A DNA stretch of 64,000 bases from Patescibacteria group bacterium (GTDB lineage Bacteria; Patescibacteriota; Minisyncoccia; Phycocordibacterales; UBA9973): positions 21,570-85,569 of the forward strand of contig JBBTUV010000001.1 in the NCBI GenBank assembly GCA_038063535.1. Direction: 5' to 3'. Below the pieces are notes generated by a model that was not told the origin of the DNA, did no database searches, and saw only the letters and a list, made by a program, of their open reading frames with translations. Made by a program: the position numbers and the translations under genes. How positions within the stretch are numbered: position 1 is the first letter of the stretch; every line of letters begins with the position of its first letter. This document shows positions 9,789 through 19,601 of this stretch, piece after piece.

Positions 9789-11704
9789 TCCGACACAATA
9801 TCCCCACCGGGAGGAAAAGACGAATCGCCCACAAGTCGGGTGGTAAGCGTTCCTTTCTGCAATCGTACATCCACATTAGCAAAATCGTCGTGGCCGGTCA
9901 AAACCGATTCATTTACGATTGTCGGTGCGGTGCCAACCTGCGAAAGCGAAGGAGTAAAGCCAACCTGAAAAGAAATGGAGACGGCTCCCGCGCTAATGCC
10001 GGCACCCTTTGGAATATTTCCGACATTCCAAACAACCTCGCGGGTCTGGGTGTTATAGGTAAGGTCAGAGTCCTTCGGAGAAATCGGCCCGAGAAACTTG
10101 ACCCAAGACGGCAGACTCGAGCGAAGCTGCGCTTTGGAGATATTGTTGGAAGTATTCGAAAGTGACCAGGTGATAGTGTAGGTGGTCTCCCGCTCGACCT
10201 TCGGGGGAACCGAGCCTCGATTGGTAAATGGCCCGGAGAGGAAGAGCGCTTTTGCCGCAAAACCGACGTCCGAACTTATCCTTACCGTTTTTGATTCCTT
10301 GTTGCTCACTTCTTTTGCATCATATGTCTCAAGCGGCTGCCGGCCGGAGATCGAAACTTCGATATCTATCGAAGGCTGTGAAAGCACTCCCTTGGAAGCT
10401 CCGAAGAGAGACACGGAAGAGAGAGAAAAGGGTACCGAGCCCACGGCACCAGGGCCGACTTCAGCAAAATCCCTTTCGCTATTCTTATCCCAAGTTATCG
10501 TATCGTCGAGCGAATTATAAAAACCTTTAGGGCTATAGATAGTTTTCCGGTCGAGGGCATTACCGGAGAGTTTGGCACGGATCACAAGGTCGTTCACTTT
10601 CGTCTCGAGATTGTTCGCCCATCGGATCTCTCCTTCGATCGGAGTGCGTGAGCTCGATGCATACTCACCGCTATAGACGCCGTTGATGTAAAGCCGCGCT
10701 TCGATTAGGGCTTTTTTGATCGCAACACGGTGGCTTATTGTATTGAAGATGGTCTCGATTACCCCGCGGGTTCGCGCAGATTCGAGGCCGCCGGATACCC
10801 GAAAGGTTTTCTCTTCTCCGTCGAAGACATCGAGCATTTTTCCTGAAATGGTTACCGAGCTATCCGCTCCTGGTGAAAGATCGCCAATCGCCCAAACATT
10901 GTTTCCAAAAGAGGGAGCTGGCGTTGCCGAAGAAAACTGGAAGCCAGTTGGGTAATCGACCCGGAGAAGGAGACCGATTACGGGCTTAGAGGCGTTGTCA
11001 ATAGCTTTTACTGTAAGCGAAAAATTTTGGTTCGGGCTGGCTTCCTCAGGGGCGCTTACCACCAGGTCGACTGGTGTGGAATTGATCGTTACGTCGTAGA
11101 TCCTTTCTTTTTTGAAGAAAGAATTCGAGTTCTCCACCCGGTACTCGATGGAAATTCTTATGCTTCGGACGCTGCCCTGCTCGCCGAAGAGAACAGGTTT
11201 TACATTCGCGCTCCGGGAAGCACCGGCGGGGATGTCGCCGAGGGTTTCTCGGATCCGTTCTGTTTCGCCGGAAAGATCGGCGCTTTTCGGATATTCAACT
11301 ATAAGGTCGACAAGCTCAAGGTCCACGCTATTGCGGTTCGCCACATCGATGGTAAGTGGCAGCTCCTCACCGCCGGCGGAAAAAGTGTTCCCCAGCACCG
11401 AGATATCGATGTTTTTCGCGGAGACGGTGTTTTTATCGGAAAAAAAAGAGTACCCTCCGTAGATGAGAGCTAGAATGAAAAACGCCAGAGAAAAGAAAAA
11501 AAATTTCTTGAAAAATTTCGACTTCTTAAAAGACTGGCCTGGTTCCGGCGCTGGAGTGCCCCTCTCCCATGATTCGGGCACATCGAGATGCCGCGCGGGG
11601 GTAAAGCTGTCGCGGTGCTCGACTTTAGTGGGAAAATCTTTGCTCCAGAGTTTGCTTTTTAGTTCTTCGAGGCGGTTAAGTTTCTCTTTATCGTCGGGCG
11701 GCAT
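9785..11704 (-). CDS. Membrane-anchored protein with repeated Ig-like beta domains (hypothetical)
   Basis: 639-aa ORF, single TM near residues 68-88, beta-rich repeats (WAIGDL, WNVGNI). Confidence 0.75.
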   Translation of the reverse strand: MPPDDKEKLNRLEELKSKLWSKDFPTKVEHRDSFTPARHLDVPESWERGTPAPEPGQSFKKSKFFKKFFFFSLAFFILALIYGGYSFFSDKNTVSAKNIDISVLGNTFSAGGEELPLTIDVANRNSVDLELVDLIVEYPKSADLSGETERIRETLGDIPAGASRSANVKPVLFGEQGSVRSIRISIEYRVENSNSFFKKERIYDVTINSTPVDLVVSAPEEASPNQNFSLTVKAIDNASKPVIGLLLRVDYPTGFQFSSATPAPSFGNNVWAIGDLSPGADSSVTISGKMLDVFDGEEKTFRVSGGLESARTRGVIETIFNTISHRVAIKKALIEARLYINGVYSGEYASSSRTPIEGEIRWANNLETKVNDLVIRAKLSGNALDRKTIYSPKGFYNSLDDTITWDKNSERDFAEVGPGAVGSVPFSLSSVSLFGASKGVLSQPSIDIEVSISGRQPLETYDAKEVSNKESKTVRISSDVGFAAKALFLSGPFTNRGSVPPKVERETTYTITWSLSNTSNNISKAQLRSSLPSWVKFLGPISPKDSDLTYNTQTREVVWNVGNIPKGAGISAGAVSISFQVGFTPSLSQVGTAPTIVNESVLTGHDDFANVDVRLQKGTLTTRLVGDSSFPPGGDIVSE

Positions 11705-11716
11705 TTAAAGATTATA

Positions 11717-12268
11717 TCATAAGTGCGTTTCCTTGAGCGTCTGGTTGATGAGCGCGAGTATCTCCCCTCTTCGCTCTGTCACGCCAGATACGAGCTCATT
11801 TATTTTACTCTCACCGATATATCCAAGGTGATGCAAAACTTTAAGGACAATTATTATTTCCGAATTCTGCATTTCCCCCCCACTCCCCACTTGCTCGAGC
11901 GCCGAAAATCCATCGAGGATTTCGAGGAAAAGCGGCTCGTTAGAGCCTTCCCCAGGAAGAAGACGTCGCAAGAGCCGAGCGATGTTTGAAACTATTTTAA
12001 AGACTTCAAGATTTCTCGAAAGATCTTCAAGTTTGCCGGTCGGCGCGGCGCTTCCGATCCGCCAAAAATCTCTGCCTTGCACTAGATCAATTTTTACGTA
12101 AGAGTAGTCCTGCAAAATGTAGCGCAGCTTCGAAGATATTTTCCGCACTCCCGACGCCCGCGCCGTCACCATGCCGAGCTCGCGGGTAAAAACGTAAAAA
12201 TATTTTCCATCCTCGCCGAAATTCCTGCTGCCCAAAATTATCCCTTCAGTATGATAAATGTGATGCAT
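11717..12268 (-). CDS. recO: DNA repair protein RecO (short)
   Basis: TEGIILGSRNFGE, FTRELGMV, GVRKISSKL, LHHLGY. Confidence 0.85.
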   Translation of the reverse strand: MHHIYHTEGIILGSRNFGEDGKYFYVFTRELGMVTARASGVRKISSKLRYILQDYSYVKIDLVQGRDFWRIGSAAPTGKLEDLSRNLEVFKIVSNIARLLRRLLPGEGSNEPLFLEILDGFSALEQVGSGGEMQNSEIIIVLKVLHHLGYIGESKINELVSGVTERRGEILALINQTLKETHL

Positions 12269-12906
12269 TACAAATCTTCTTCTTTTCCTAGTTCTAGTTT
12301 TTTGAATTCAATCCCGAGAGGCGGCAAAACATTTCCCGGCCATTTCCAAATGAAAGATGCCCACTCTTGGATAAACGCATCATGCACTGGAAAGGAAATT
12401 CGTGGTTTTAGGGCTTGGGCATAAAGGAGAGCGTCTTTCATCCGCATCCAGGGCCCAGCCACGGGTAGCGCCAGAATCTCAACGGGATGTCCAGGGTCCT
12501 CGAAGGCATCGCCGGGGTAGCAGAGCGAATCGATCATGTACCCGGTATTCTGCACCCGCCCCATCGATTCGTAAATTTCTGCGTGCAAATTGCCGAAGGA
12601 GCAAATAGCCACCCCGGAGATCTCTTTTTCTTGGCCTTTTTCAACTACCTGGTGGGTAATGCCCGCTTGGTCGAGGAGTTTCCCGACTGCGGTGTTGGTA
12701 ATGACAAGAGCTTTCGGGCTACTCTCAAGAACCTTTTTCAAAGTCTCAATGTGTAGATGGTCCCCGTGCTCGTGAGTAATTAAAATAGCGGTGATGTTTT
12801 CCTCTCTCTCTGCCCCCTTGGTAAAATCTCCCGGATCAGTCATTATCCTGACCCCTTCCTTTGGCTCCGCCACGAAACAGCAGTGCCCTATTTTTTTTAC
12901 CTTCAT
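12268..12906 (-). CDS. MBL-fold metallo-hydrolase
   Basis: GHCCF, TDPG, THEHGDH, PGD, PVHD. Confidence 0.9.
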   Translation of the reverse strand: MKVKKIGHCCFVAEPKEGVRIMTDPGDFTKGAEREENITAILITHEHGDHLHIETLKKVLESSPKALVITNTAVGKLLDQAGITHQVVEKGQEKEISGVAICSFGNLHAEIYESMGRVQNTGYMIDSLCYPGDAFEDPGHPVEILALPVAGPWMRMKDALLYAQALKPRISFPVHDAFIQEWASFIWKWPGNVLPPLGIEFKKLELGKEEDL

Positions 12907-12960
12907 CTACCTATTTTATCACAGATACTTTGCTTCTTCATTTCAAAAATACATATTATG

Positions 12961-12990
12961 CATTATGGGAGCGGCCGCTACCATTATATG
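12961..12990. repeat. Imperfect palindrome, copy 1 (direct repeat with 13582-13611)
   Basis: CATTATGGGA-GCGGCCGC-TACCATTATATG. Confidence 0.9.
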
Positions 12991-13007
12991 ATATATGATA
13001 AATGTAT

Positions 13008-13568
13008 CTATAGGTTGAAGTATTTTTCCAGTATATTTCTGTTAGTGATATCTTTTGCCAAGATTAGATGGACATACTTCCCGATCTCCCAGTAATTTGC
13101 AATAAAGTCAATCTCTTTCTGGCACCGAAAGGGATAAACCCAAACGCTGTCATTAAATTTAACAAATCCGAGCTCCTTCATTTTCTCCCTCAAGGAATCC
13201 CGAGCGGCCTTTTTCTTCTCGGGGATATCAAAAACTACAACACGAAAATTCCTATCCCATATCTTGGGCTCTTTGATTTTCATCTCTTCATAATTGAAGC
13301 GTAGATAAACTTTCCGCCCGTTCTCCGTCAAAACCAGCTTGTGATGCTTGCCTTCCTCTACAATTTCGATTAATCTCTGCTTTCTTAGTCTAAGAAAATA
13401 TGTTGAGATCCGCTTTGGCCTCTCATTTAATCCAAAAATTTCCTTTATAAAATATTTCGTGACCTTGTAACTTGCCCTCCGATTCGATAAAGCAACACTG
13501 ATACCTATTCCCACCCCAAGGGCACGGATGATTTTCCCGCTATTCGATTCCTTGTCAATTACTCTCAT
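13008..13568 (-). CDS. PaaX-like protein: winged HTH plus Cas2-like domain
   Basis: RLRKQRLIEI...LTENG wHTH; WDRNFRVVVFDIPE...LGFVKFNDSVW matches the PaaX middle (Cas2-fold) domain. Confidence 0.85.
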   Translation of the reverse strand: MRVIDKESNSGKIIRALGVGIGISVALSNRRASYKVTKYFIKEIFGLNERPKRISTYFLRLRKQRLIEIVEEGKHHKLVLTENGRKVYLRFNYEEMKIKEPKIWDRNFRVVVFDIPEKKKAARDSLREKMKELGFVKFNDSVWVYPFRCQKEIDFIANYWEIGKYVHLILAKDITNRNILEKYFNL

Positions 13569-13581
13569 TCCATCATATTAC

Positions 13582-13611
13582 CATAATGGGAGCGGCCGCG
13601 TTCATTATATG
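13582..13611. repeat. Imperfect palindrome, copy 2, next to the promoter of the PaaX-like gene
   Basis: CATAATGGGA-GCGGCCGC-GTTCATTATATG; 26/30 identical to copy 1. Confidence 0.9.
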
Positions 13612-13637
13612 TAAAGTAGATGATAACAAGAAATTGT

Positions 13638-16600
13638 TCAGATCACTAACTTTTTGAGCTCTTCGATTATGGGCGCAACCGCTTCATCAGTGATATCTTC
13701 TGGCTTTATTTTGCAATGCGCAAAAATCTGCTTCTCGATTTCCGCTCCACAGGCAACAAACTTTTGTCGTTCTTCTTCCATGCCGCGATTTTTCCATTGA
13801 TACCGAACCCGTGCTTCTTCCATGCGTTCATCGTATGAGACCACCCCATTAGGATTAACTCGATTGTCAGAATAACTCATTATCTTCACATCCATCTCGC
13901 TAGAATCTCTATGTTCACAAAGTAAACTGAAACGATCCTGAGTTGCCAGATAAATAGCTTTTTCCGGTAAACCAATCTCTTTCATGATTTGGATTGCTGG
14001 CACGTGCTCATCATGCCCATACTTATTCACATACTCGCTTTTAACATTTTCCCAGTATTTTATTTCTTCCTTATCAAAATCGGAGAAATAAGTCAGATCG
14101 GTTTTAATAATATTCCCCATGTCGTGAAAAAGAGCCGCTAGTATCAGATCGTTTTTGTCGACCGGTGAAGAAAAATTATCGCAAATCAAAGTCACCACGG
14201 CTGCAACACGGAGCATATGCTCCTGTAATCGCGGAAATATCTTGTATTTCTTATAAATTTCCATTACCTTAAGCGGCATTTTGTCTCCAGGATTAAGGCC
14301 CAGTTTCTTCCTGCGATCCTGAAGTTCGCGCATAAATTCACGATACTCCCCTTCCATTTTTAACTCAGTAGTTATCTCAGTAGATAATTTAAATTCACTC
14401 CCCACCGTTACTTCTTTTACATTGAGTTCGTCTTTAATTAATTCAAGATATTCACTTGATAACTTTACGGACTTTATAACTTGCAACTCTTTGAGCGGTT
14501 GCCGCACAGGAATTCCGGCCTTCTGCCTAGCTTCAAGTCCCTGCGTCACAACCTCGCGAGTTATTCTCATATTCTTGAGAATATTAGAATGTATTTTCCT
14601 GGTCTTCGGCCACTCGCATATATGCACGCTCTCCTCATCTTTTTCTGTGCGCAGCTTAAGCCAAATATCTTCCGCAGTAAAAGGCGCAAACGGTGCCATC
14701 ACTTTTGCTAGGGTTTTTAGAACAAAATACAAGGTTTTCTTGGCATCTTTGTCTCCTTCTTTTATTCTTTCTCTAGAGCGGCGCAGATACCAGGTCGAAA
14801 GGTCGTTGATAAAATCACGAATCGTGCGTGTGGGCTCCATGAGTTTGTAATTGTCGAGCGATTCGGTAGTGAAATTTATGAGTTCATTAAGTCGACACAG
14901 GATCCATTGATCCAGAACATTTTTTGATTTTGGCTCTTCGTTTTTCTCTAAATTTTTATTTCGATATAATTCATAAAACGCAAGCACATTGTAAAGTAGC
15001 GTGAAAACTTGCTGGCGCAAGAGATGCACGGTCTTTTCGTCGAAATTTTTCGACTCTCCGGGCTGATTGACCGAATACATCCAGAGGCGCAAGGTGTCGG
15101 CCCCGTACTTACCAATCATCTCCCACGGGTCTACCACATTGCCCACAGATTTCGACATTTTCTTGCCCTGCGCATCGAGCAAATGCCCGAGGCATATCAC
15201 GTTTTCGTAGGCGCGGCCTCTTCCCATCAAAACCCCGACCGCGTGGAGTGTATAGAACCAACCGCGAGTCTGATCGATGGCTTCGGAAATATAGTCGGCC
15301 GGATATAAAATCTTTTTCGCATCGAAGGGATAGTGATCCTGCGCAAACGGCATCGCCCCCGAGTCGAGCCAGACGTCCATCACTTCTTTTACCCGCCGGA
15401 ATTCCTTGCCGTTCTTTTCCAATATGATTTCGTCAATATACGGCCGATGCAGATCAAGCTCGAAATCGTCATTGCGCGGAAGCGGGATTAATTTGACCGG
15501 CTTGACCTCGCCATTTTTGAAGAAATCTTCCGAAGAACTTTTAAGTACCATCGCTTCTCTTTCATTCCTGCCCTCCGCTGCTGAATGGAGCATCCAGAGA
15601 GAATCTTCATGCGCGACTATAAGAATTTTTTTATTTTTATAAGTCTTTTCTATTTCCTTTAGAAATTTTCCCACTCGCATCTTTACGTCATAAAGTGACT
15701 CGCCGCCCGGCGCTGCTTCTCTAAACCTGTTGCTAGGATTTGAAAAAGCTGCCCAATACTCTTTGATCGGCCGGCCCTCAAGATTTCCAAACCCGATTTC
15801 CCGAAGACGCTCGTCATAGACAACTGCGCTCTCAGAGAGTTTTAGTTCCTTTCGAACAATTTCCGCCGATTGGCGAGTCCGCTCTAGTGGAGAGGCAATA
15901 ATAAAATCAATGCTGTGCTTTTTAAGTTTCTCGGCGGAATTAATTACTTGTTTCTCGCCCTTCTGTGTTAGAGGATTCTTTGCGTTTGGATCGGAGCTCA
16001 CAAACCCTTTTTCGTTGCTCTCTGCTCCACCGTGGCGCATGAGGAGGTACTCGTTATTTGCACTCTTTGAATATTTTTTGAGCGTGGCCAGCGAATCGAT
16101 TACGATTTTCTCTCCGTCCTCTGCCATCCACACCGGCAAAGGGGTCCCCCAGTAGCGCTCACGCGATATTGCCCAATCCTTTACATCGCGGAGCCACTCA
16201 CCAAAGCGCCCCTCGCGGATATGCGCGGGCTCCCAGTTTATTTTTTTGTTTTCACTGATCAGTTTTTTCTTAATTTTTGGCTCCGACATCCGGATGTACC
16301 AAGAATCGCGGGCATAATATATGAGCCGTGTCTTGCATCGCCAGCAAAATGGGTATGAGTGGGTATAAGACTCTTTTGCAAAGACTAAATTTCTCTTTTG
16401 CAGGTCCTTCAGGATATCCACCGCAAGCACTTCATCCACTACTGATCTACCGGAGAGCCAGTCCGTTCCATCTATAAATTTCCCGTCTGGGTCCACTAAA
16501 TGCTGCTTGGGTAAACCGACTTTTGTCCCAAGCTCAAAATCATCCTGCCCATACATGACAGCGGTGTGCACGATGCCGGTACCTTCTTCGGTCGATACAA

Positions 16601-17483
16601 AATCCGCTGCGTAAACCTTGTATGCATTTCCTATATTCTCGGGATTTTTGTTTTTAAGAAACGGGTAAAGCGGCTCGTATTCCATACCGATCATTTCGCT
16701 CCCTTTGTGCTCGGCAATAATTTCGTAATTTTCAAGAACACTTAACCTGTCTTTTGCAAGCACAAAAATTTCTTCCCCAACTTTTGCTTCTACATAAATA
16801 ATATCTTTCCCCACAGCTAGCGCCACATTCCCGGGCAAAGTCCACGGCGTCGTGGTCCAAGCCAAAAAATACGCATTCGGGAATCCAATAATCTTAAATT
16901 TTGCCGTGACCGACAAATCTTTCACATCTTCATACCCCTGCGCGAGCTCGTGCGAAGAGAGCACCGTGCCGCAGCGCGGGCACCAAGGAACAACTTTGTA
17001 ATCCTTGTATAAAAGTTTTTGCTTGTCTACATGGGCGATGATGTTCCAAACCGATTCAATGTAATCATTCTCGTATGTTATGTATGGATCCTCCTGATCG
17101 ATCCAAAATCCGATGCGCTCGGTAAATTTGCTCCAGTTGTCAACCTGTTCCCAAACATTCTTTCGGCATTCATCGTTAAATTTCGCCACACCGTATTTCT
17201 CAATCGCTTTTTTAGAATTGAGGCCGAGTTTTTTCTCGACTTGGAGCTCGACCGGAAGCCCATGAGTATCCCAGCCACCCTTCCGGCGCACATGATATCC
17301 GCGCATGGTCTTATATCTGGGAATAGCATCCTTAAAAGCCCGCGCCTCGAGGTGGTGAATGCCCGGCGCGGCGTTGGCCGTCGGCGGACCTTCATAGAAA
17401 ACAAATTCTTTGCCACCCTTTTTGAGCGACTTTTCAAAAATTTTATTTTTCCTCCAGAATTCTAAAATTTCCTCCTCACGCAT
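13638..17483 (-). CDS. ileS: Isoleucine--tRNA ligase (type 2) with an inserted histidine-phosphatase domain and a C-terminal HD domain
   Basis: EGPPTAN, GWDTHGLPVE, WTTTPWT, ISRERYWG, DQTRGWF, KMSKS; insert LMRHG...SPLERT...AHED; tail EHMLRV...FHDMG. Confidence 0.95.
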   Translation of the reverse strand: MREEEILEFWRKNKIFEKSLKKGGKEFVFYEGPPTANAAPGIHHLEARAFKDAIPRYKTMRGYHVRRKGGWDTHGLPVELQVEKKLGLNSKKAIEKYGVAKFNDECRKNVWEQVDNWSKFTERIGFWIDQEDPYITYENDYIESVWNIIAHVDKQKLLYKDYKVVPWCPRCGTVLSSHELAQGYEDVKDLSVTAKFKIIGFPNAYFLAWTTTPWTLPGNVALAVGKDIIYVEAKVGEEIFVLAKDRLSVLENYEIIAEHKGSEMIGMEYEPLYPFLKNKNPENIGNAYKVYAADFVSTEEGTGIVHTAVMYGQDDFELGTKVGLPKQHLVDPDGKFIDGTDWLSGRSVVDEVLAVDILKDLQKRNLVFAKESYTHSYPFCWRCKTRLIYYARDSWYIRMSEPKIKKKLISENKKINWEPAHIREGRFGEWLRDVKDWAISRERYWGTPLPVWMAEDGEKIVIDSLATLKKYSKSANNEYLLMRHGGAESNEKGFVSSDPNAKNPLTQKGEKQVINSAEKLKKHSIDFIIASPLERTRQSAEIVRKELKLSESAVVYDERLREIGFGNLEGRPIKEYWAAFSNPSNRFREAAPGGESLYDVKMRVGKFLKEIEKTYKNKKILIVAHEDSLWMLHSAAEGRNEREAMVLKSSSEDFFKNGEVKPVKLIPLPRNDDFELDLHRPYIDEIILEKNGKEFRRVKEVMDVWLDSGAMPFAQDHYPFDAKKILYPADYISEAIDQTRGWFYTLHAVGVLMGRGRAYENVICLGHLLDAQGKKMSKSVGNVVDPWEMIGKYGADTLRLWMYSVNQPGESKNFDEKTVHLLRQQVFTLLYNVLAFYELYRNKNLEKNEEPKSKNVLDQWILCRLNELINFTTESLDNYKLMEPTRTIRDFINDLSTWYLRRSRERIKEGDKDAKKTLYFVLKTLAKVMAPFAPFTAEDIWLKLRTEKDEESVHICEWPKTRKIHSNILKNMRITREVVTQGLEARQKAGIPVRQPLKELQVIKSVKLSSEYLELIKDELNVKEVTVGSEFKLSTEITTELKMEGEYREFMRELQDRRKKLGLNPGDKMPLKVMEIYKKYKIFPRLQEHMLRVAAVVTLICDNFSSPVDKNDLILAALFHDMGNIIKTDLTYFSDFDKEEIKYWENVKSEYVNKYGHDEHVPAIQIMKEIGLPEKAIYLATQDRFSLLCEHRDSSEMDVKIMSYSDNRVNPNGVVSYDERMEEARVRYQWKNRGMEEERQKFVACGAEIEKQIFAHCKIKPEDITDEAVAPIIEELKKLVI

Positions 17484-17516
17484 TGTGGGTTAAGTTTAGC
17501 ACAAAAAAGCCTTATT

Positions 17517-19175
17517 TTACATTCTCTCCGGGGCCTTGATGCCCAAGAGATACAGCCCCTTTTCGAGGACTTTGGCGTAGGCCGAGGTAAGAGCCAGCTT
17601 GTAGGGCGAATAGATATCTTTCACGTCGAGAATTTTATTGCTTCCGTAGTAACTATTGAACGCACGAGCGAGGTCGATAAGATAATTGGCAATGTGGTGC
17701 GGCTCGTATTCTTGGGCAGCGCGGGCAACCACTTCTGGGAATCTGTAAAGAAGTTTCTCCGTTTCCGACACTTCAGCCGGAAGCTCATTGAAATTGGGAA
17801 ACATGTTTTCCTCTTTGGCTTTTGCAAGAACTGATTTTGCTCGAGCGTATGAATATTGCAAATACGGACCCGAATCGCCCTCGAGCGAAACCGATTTCTC
17901 GACGTCGAAAATCACATCCGCGCCGGCGGCTTGCCGGAGAATCACATATTTTATCGCCGCCACCGCCGCATCGATATTGTCGCGGGCTTTTCCTTTGAGC
18001 TCGGAGATAAGATCGAGAGCGGGGAGCGCCGTTCCCTCGCGCGAGGATATTTTCCCCGCTTTCCCGCGGGAGAGGCGCATCAGCCCGTGAGTGATGTGAA
18101 AAATTTTTCCTTCGTATTTCTTATCTATCAGGGAAAGCGCTTTGGCCACTACCCTCATGTATTCTTTCTGCTCGCTCCCGGTTACCATGATCGCAAGCGA
18201 GAGATCCCGCACTTGATCAAGTTTGAGATACGCAAGACCGAGCTCCTTCCCTTCATATGTTGGCAGGCCTTCTTTGGTCAGAAACACGCGAGTGTGAAGC
18301 GACGGATCGTGCTTCTCTGCGCGGAAGATGACCGCGCCCTCGCTTTCCTCGAAAATCTTGCCGATATTTTCTCGGACTAATTGCTCTCCCCAAACGGCAG
18401 CTTTGCTCTCGAGGAAATAAAAGTCGAATTTGGTGCCGAGAATTTTGTAAACTTCCTCGAAAGCCTCCATCGTCGCTTCGAAGCCCCAGGTGTAGAGATC
18501 ATTTATTTCCCCATCGCTCCGTTTGTATATCTTTTTATTTATCTCGTCGATCTCATGCTTCGCCTCCGGGTCAGTCTCATACGCCTCCGCTCCGTAGGCG
18601 TAGGCCTTGCCGATGTAGAGAGCCTGATTCTGCAGAGTTTCGTTTTTGAGCCTGTATTCTTCGGGCTTTTTCAAAAGGCCGTAAATGGCCCGTGCCACGT
18701 GCAGGCCCACATCGCCTTGATAGTTCGCGCGCAGGACTTCTGCCCCGGAGTACTCAAGCACACGCGCGACCGCTTCCCCGATCGCATTCGTCATCAGGTG
18801 TCCGATATGCAAGGGTTTGAAAGGGTTCGGGTCGGTGTACTCGACCATGATCTTTTTGCCCTTGTTTAAATTATTTTTTCCGAAATCCTCGTCATTTAAA
18901 ATTTTCTTCACAGAATCCTGGAAAAAATATTTATTGAGGTAAAAATTAATGAAACCGGGCCCCGCTACTTCCACTTTCTCGATTTCACTCGGCATATTTT
19001 TTTTGAGTTCCGCAGCGATTTCCTCTGCCTTGCCTTTGCCAAGCCTAAAAGCCACGTTCGTCGAGTAATCACCCATTATTAAATCCGCCGGATGCTCAAG
19101 GTGAACTGCATCTCCCTGTACCTTGAGGGCCTTGAGCGAATTTTCTATCGATTTTTTTATTTTTTCTTCGATCAT
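17517..19175 (-). CDS. argS: Arginine--tRNA ligase
   Basis: GDYSTN, GPGFINF, PNPFKPLHIGH, GPYLQYSYAR, PERM end. Confidence 0.97.
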   Translation of the reverse strand: MIEEKIKKSIENSLKALKVQGDAVHLEHPADLIMGDYSTNVAFRLGKGKAEEIAAELKKNMPSEIEKVEVAGPGFINFYLNKYFFQDSVKKILNDEDFGKNNLNKGKKIMVEYTDPNPFKPLHIGHLMTNAIGEAVARVLEYSGAEVLRANYQGDVGLHVARAIYGLLKKPEEYRLKNETLQNQALYIGKAYAYGAEAYETDPEAKHEIDEINKKIYKRSDGEINDLYTWGFEATMEAFEEVYKILGTKFDFYFLESKAAVWGEQLVRENIGKIFEESEGAVIFRAEKHDPSLHTRVFLTKEGLPTYEGKELGLAYLKLDQVRDLSLAIMVTGSEQKEYMRVVAKALSLIDKKYEGKIFHITHGLMRLSRGKAGKISSREGTALPALDLISELKGKARDNIDAAVAAIKYVILRQAAGADVIFDVEKSVSLEGDSGPYLQYSYARAKSVLAKAKEENMFPNFNELPAEVSETEKLLYRFPEVVARAAQEYEPHHIANYLIDLARAFNSYYGSNKILDVKDIYSPYKLALTSAYAKVLEKGLYLLGIKAPERM

Positions 19176-19597
19176 CGCAGTCCCGTGCTCCCTTCTCTAC
19201 CTTGGCCACGTACCGTATCTGATAATTCTTCCGACTCTTCAATCTCGACACGCTCGAACCGCTGTATTATCATCTGCGCGAACTTCTGCCCCTTCTCAAG
19301 CAGCACTTCTTTGGCCGAGGTGTTTAAAAAGCTCGCGACTATCTCGCCGCGGAAGCCCGAATCGATCACTCCGCCCATAATCTTAAGCCCCAAGTTGAAG
19401 GAGATGCTTGATTTGTCCCAAATTAGCCCAACGTGATTTTCGGGAATTTCAACTGCGATCCCTGTGCGCACGCGCTCCTGTGCCCCGGGTTTGAAAAGTA
19501 CGTTCTCGAGGCAATATAAATCCACCGCTGCATCGCCCGGGTGCCCATGAGTCGGTAACTTCGCTTCCGTATCAACTTTTTTAACCTTGAGAATCAT
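19172..19597 (-). CDS. dut: dUTP diphosphatase
   Basis: DLY, KSS, GGVIDSGFRGE, RGQGREGSTG. Confidence 0.93.
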   Translation of the reverse strand: MILKVKKVDTEAKLPTHGHPGDAAVDLYCLENVLFKPGAQERVRTGIAVEIPENHVGLIWDKSSISFNLGLKIMGGVIDSGFRGEIVASFLNTSAKEVLLEKGQKFAQMIIQRFERVEIEESEELSDTVRGQGREGSTGLR

Positions 19598-19601
19598 ACT
19601 T

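Noticed and set aside
12961-12990. Palindrome as a Xer dif site (ftsK and xerC/D are in the window)
   Set aside because: No TTATGTTAAAT-like XerD arm or 11-6-11 layout. A divergent site cannot be fully excluded.
12961-13611. CRISPR array or cas locus (Cas2-like domain plus ~30-bp palindromic repeats)
   Set aside because: Only two repeats, about 590 bp apart with a gene between them; no spacers and no cas1.
18055-18070. CCCGC-N6-GCGGG mini-hairpin encoding SRGKAG next to the ArgRS KISSR motif, a possible in-frame insertion
   Set aside because: The stem is only 5-6 bp and the loop length varies naturally; not supportable without an alignment.
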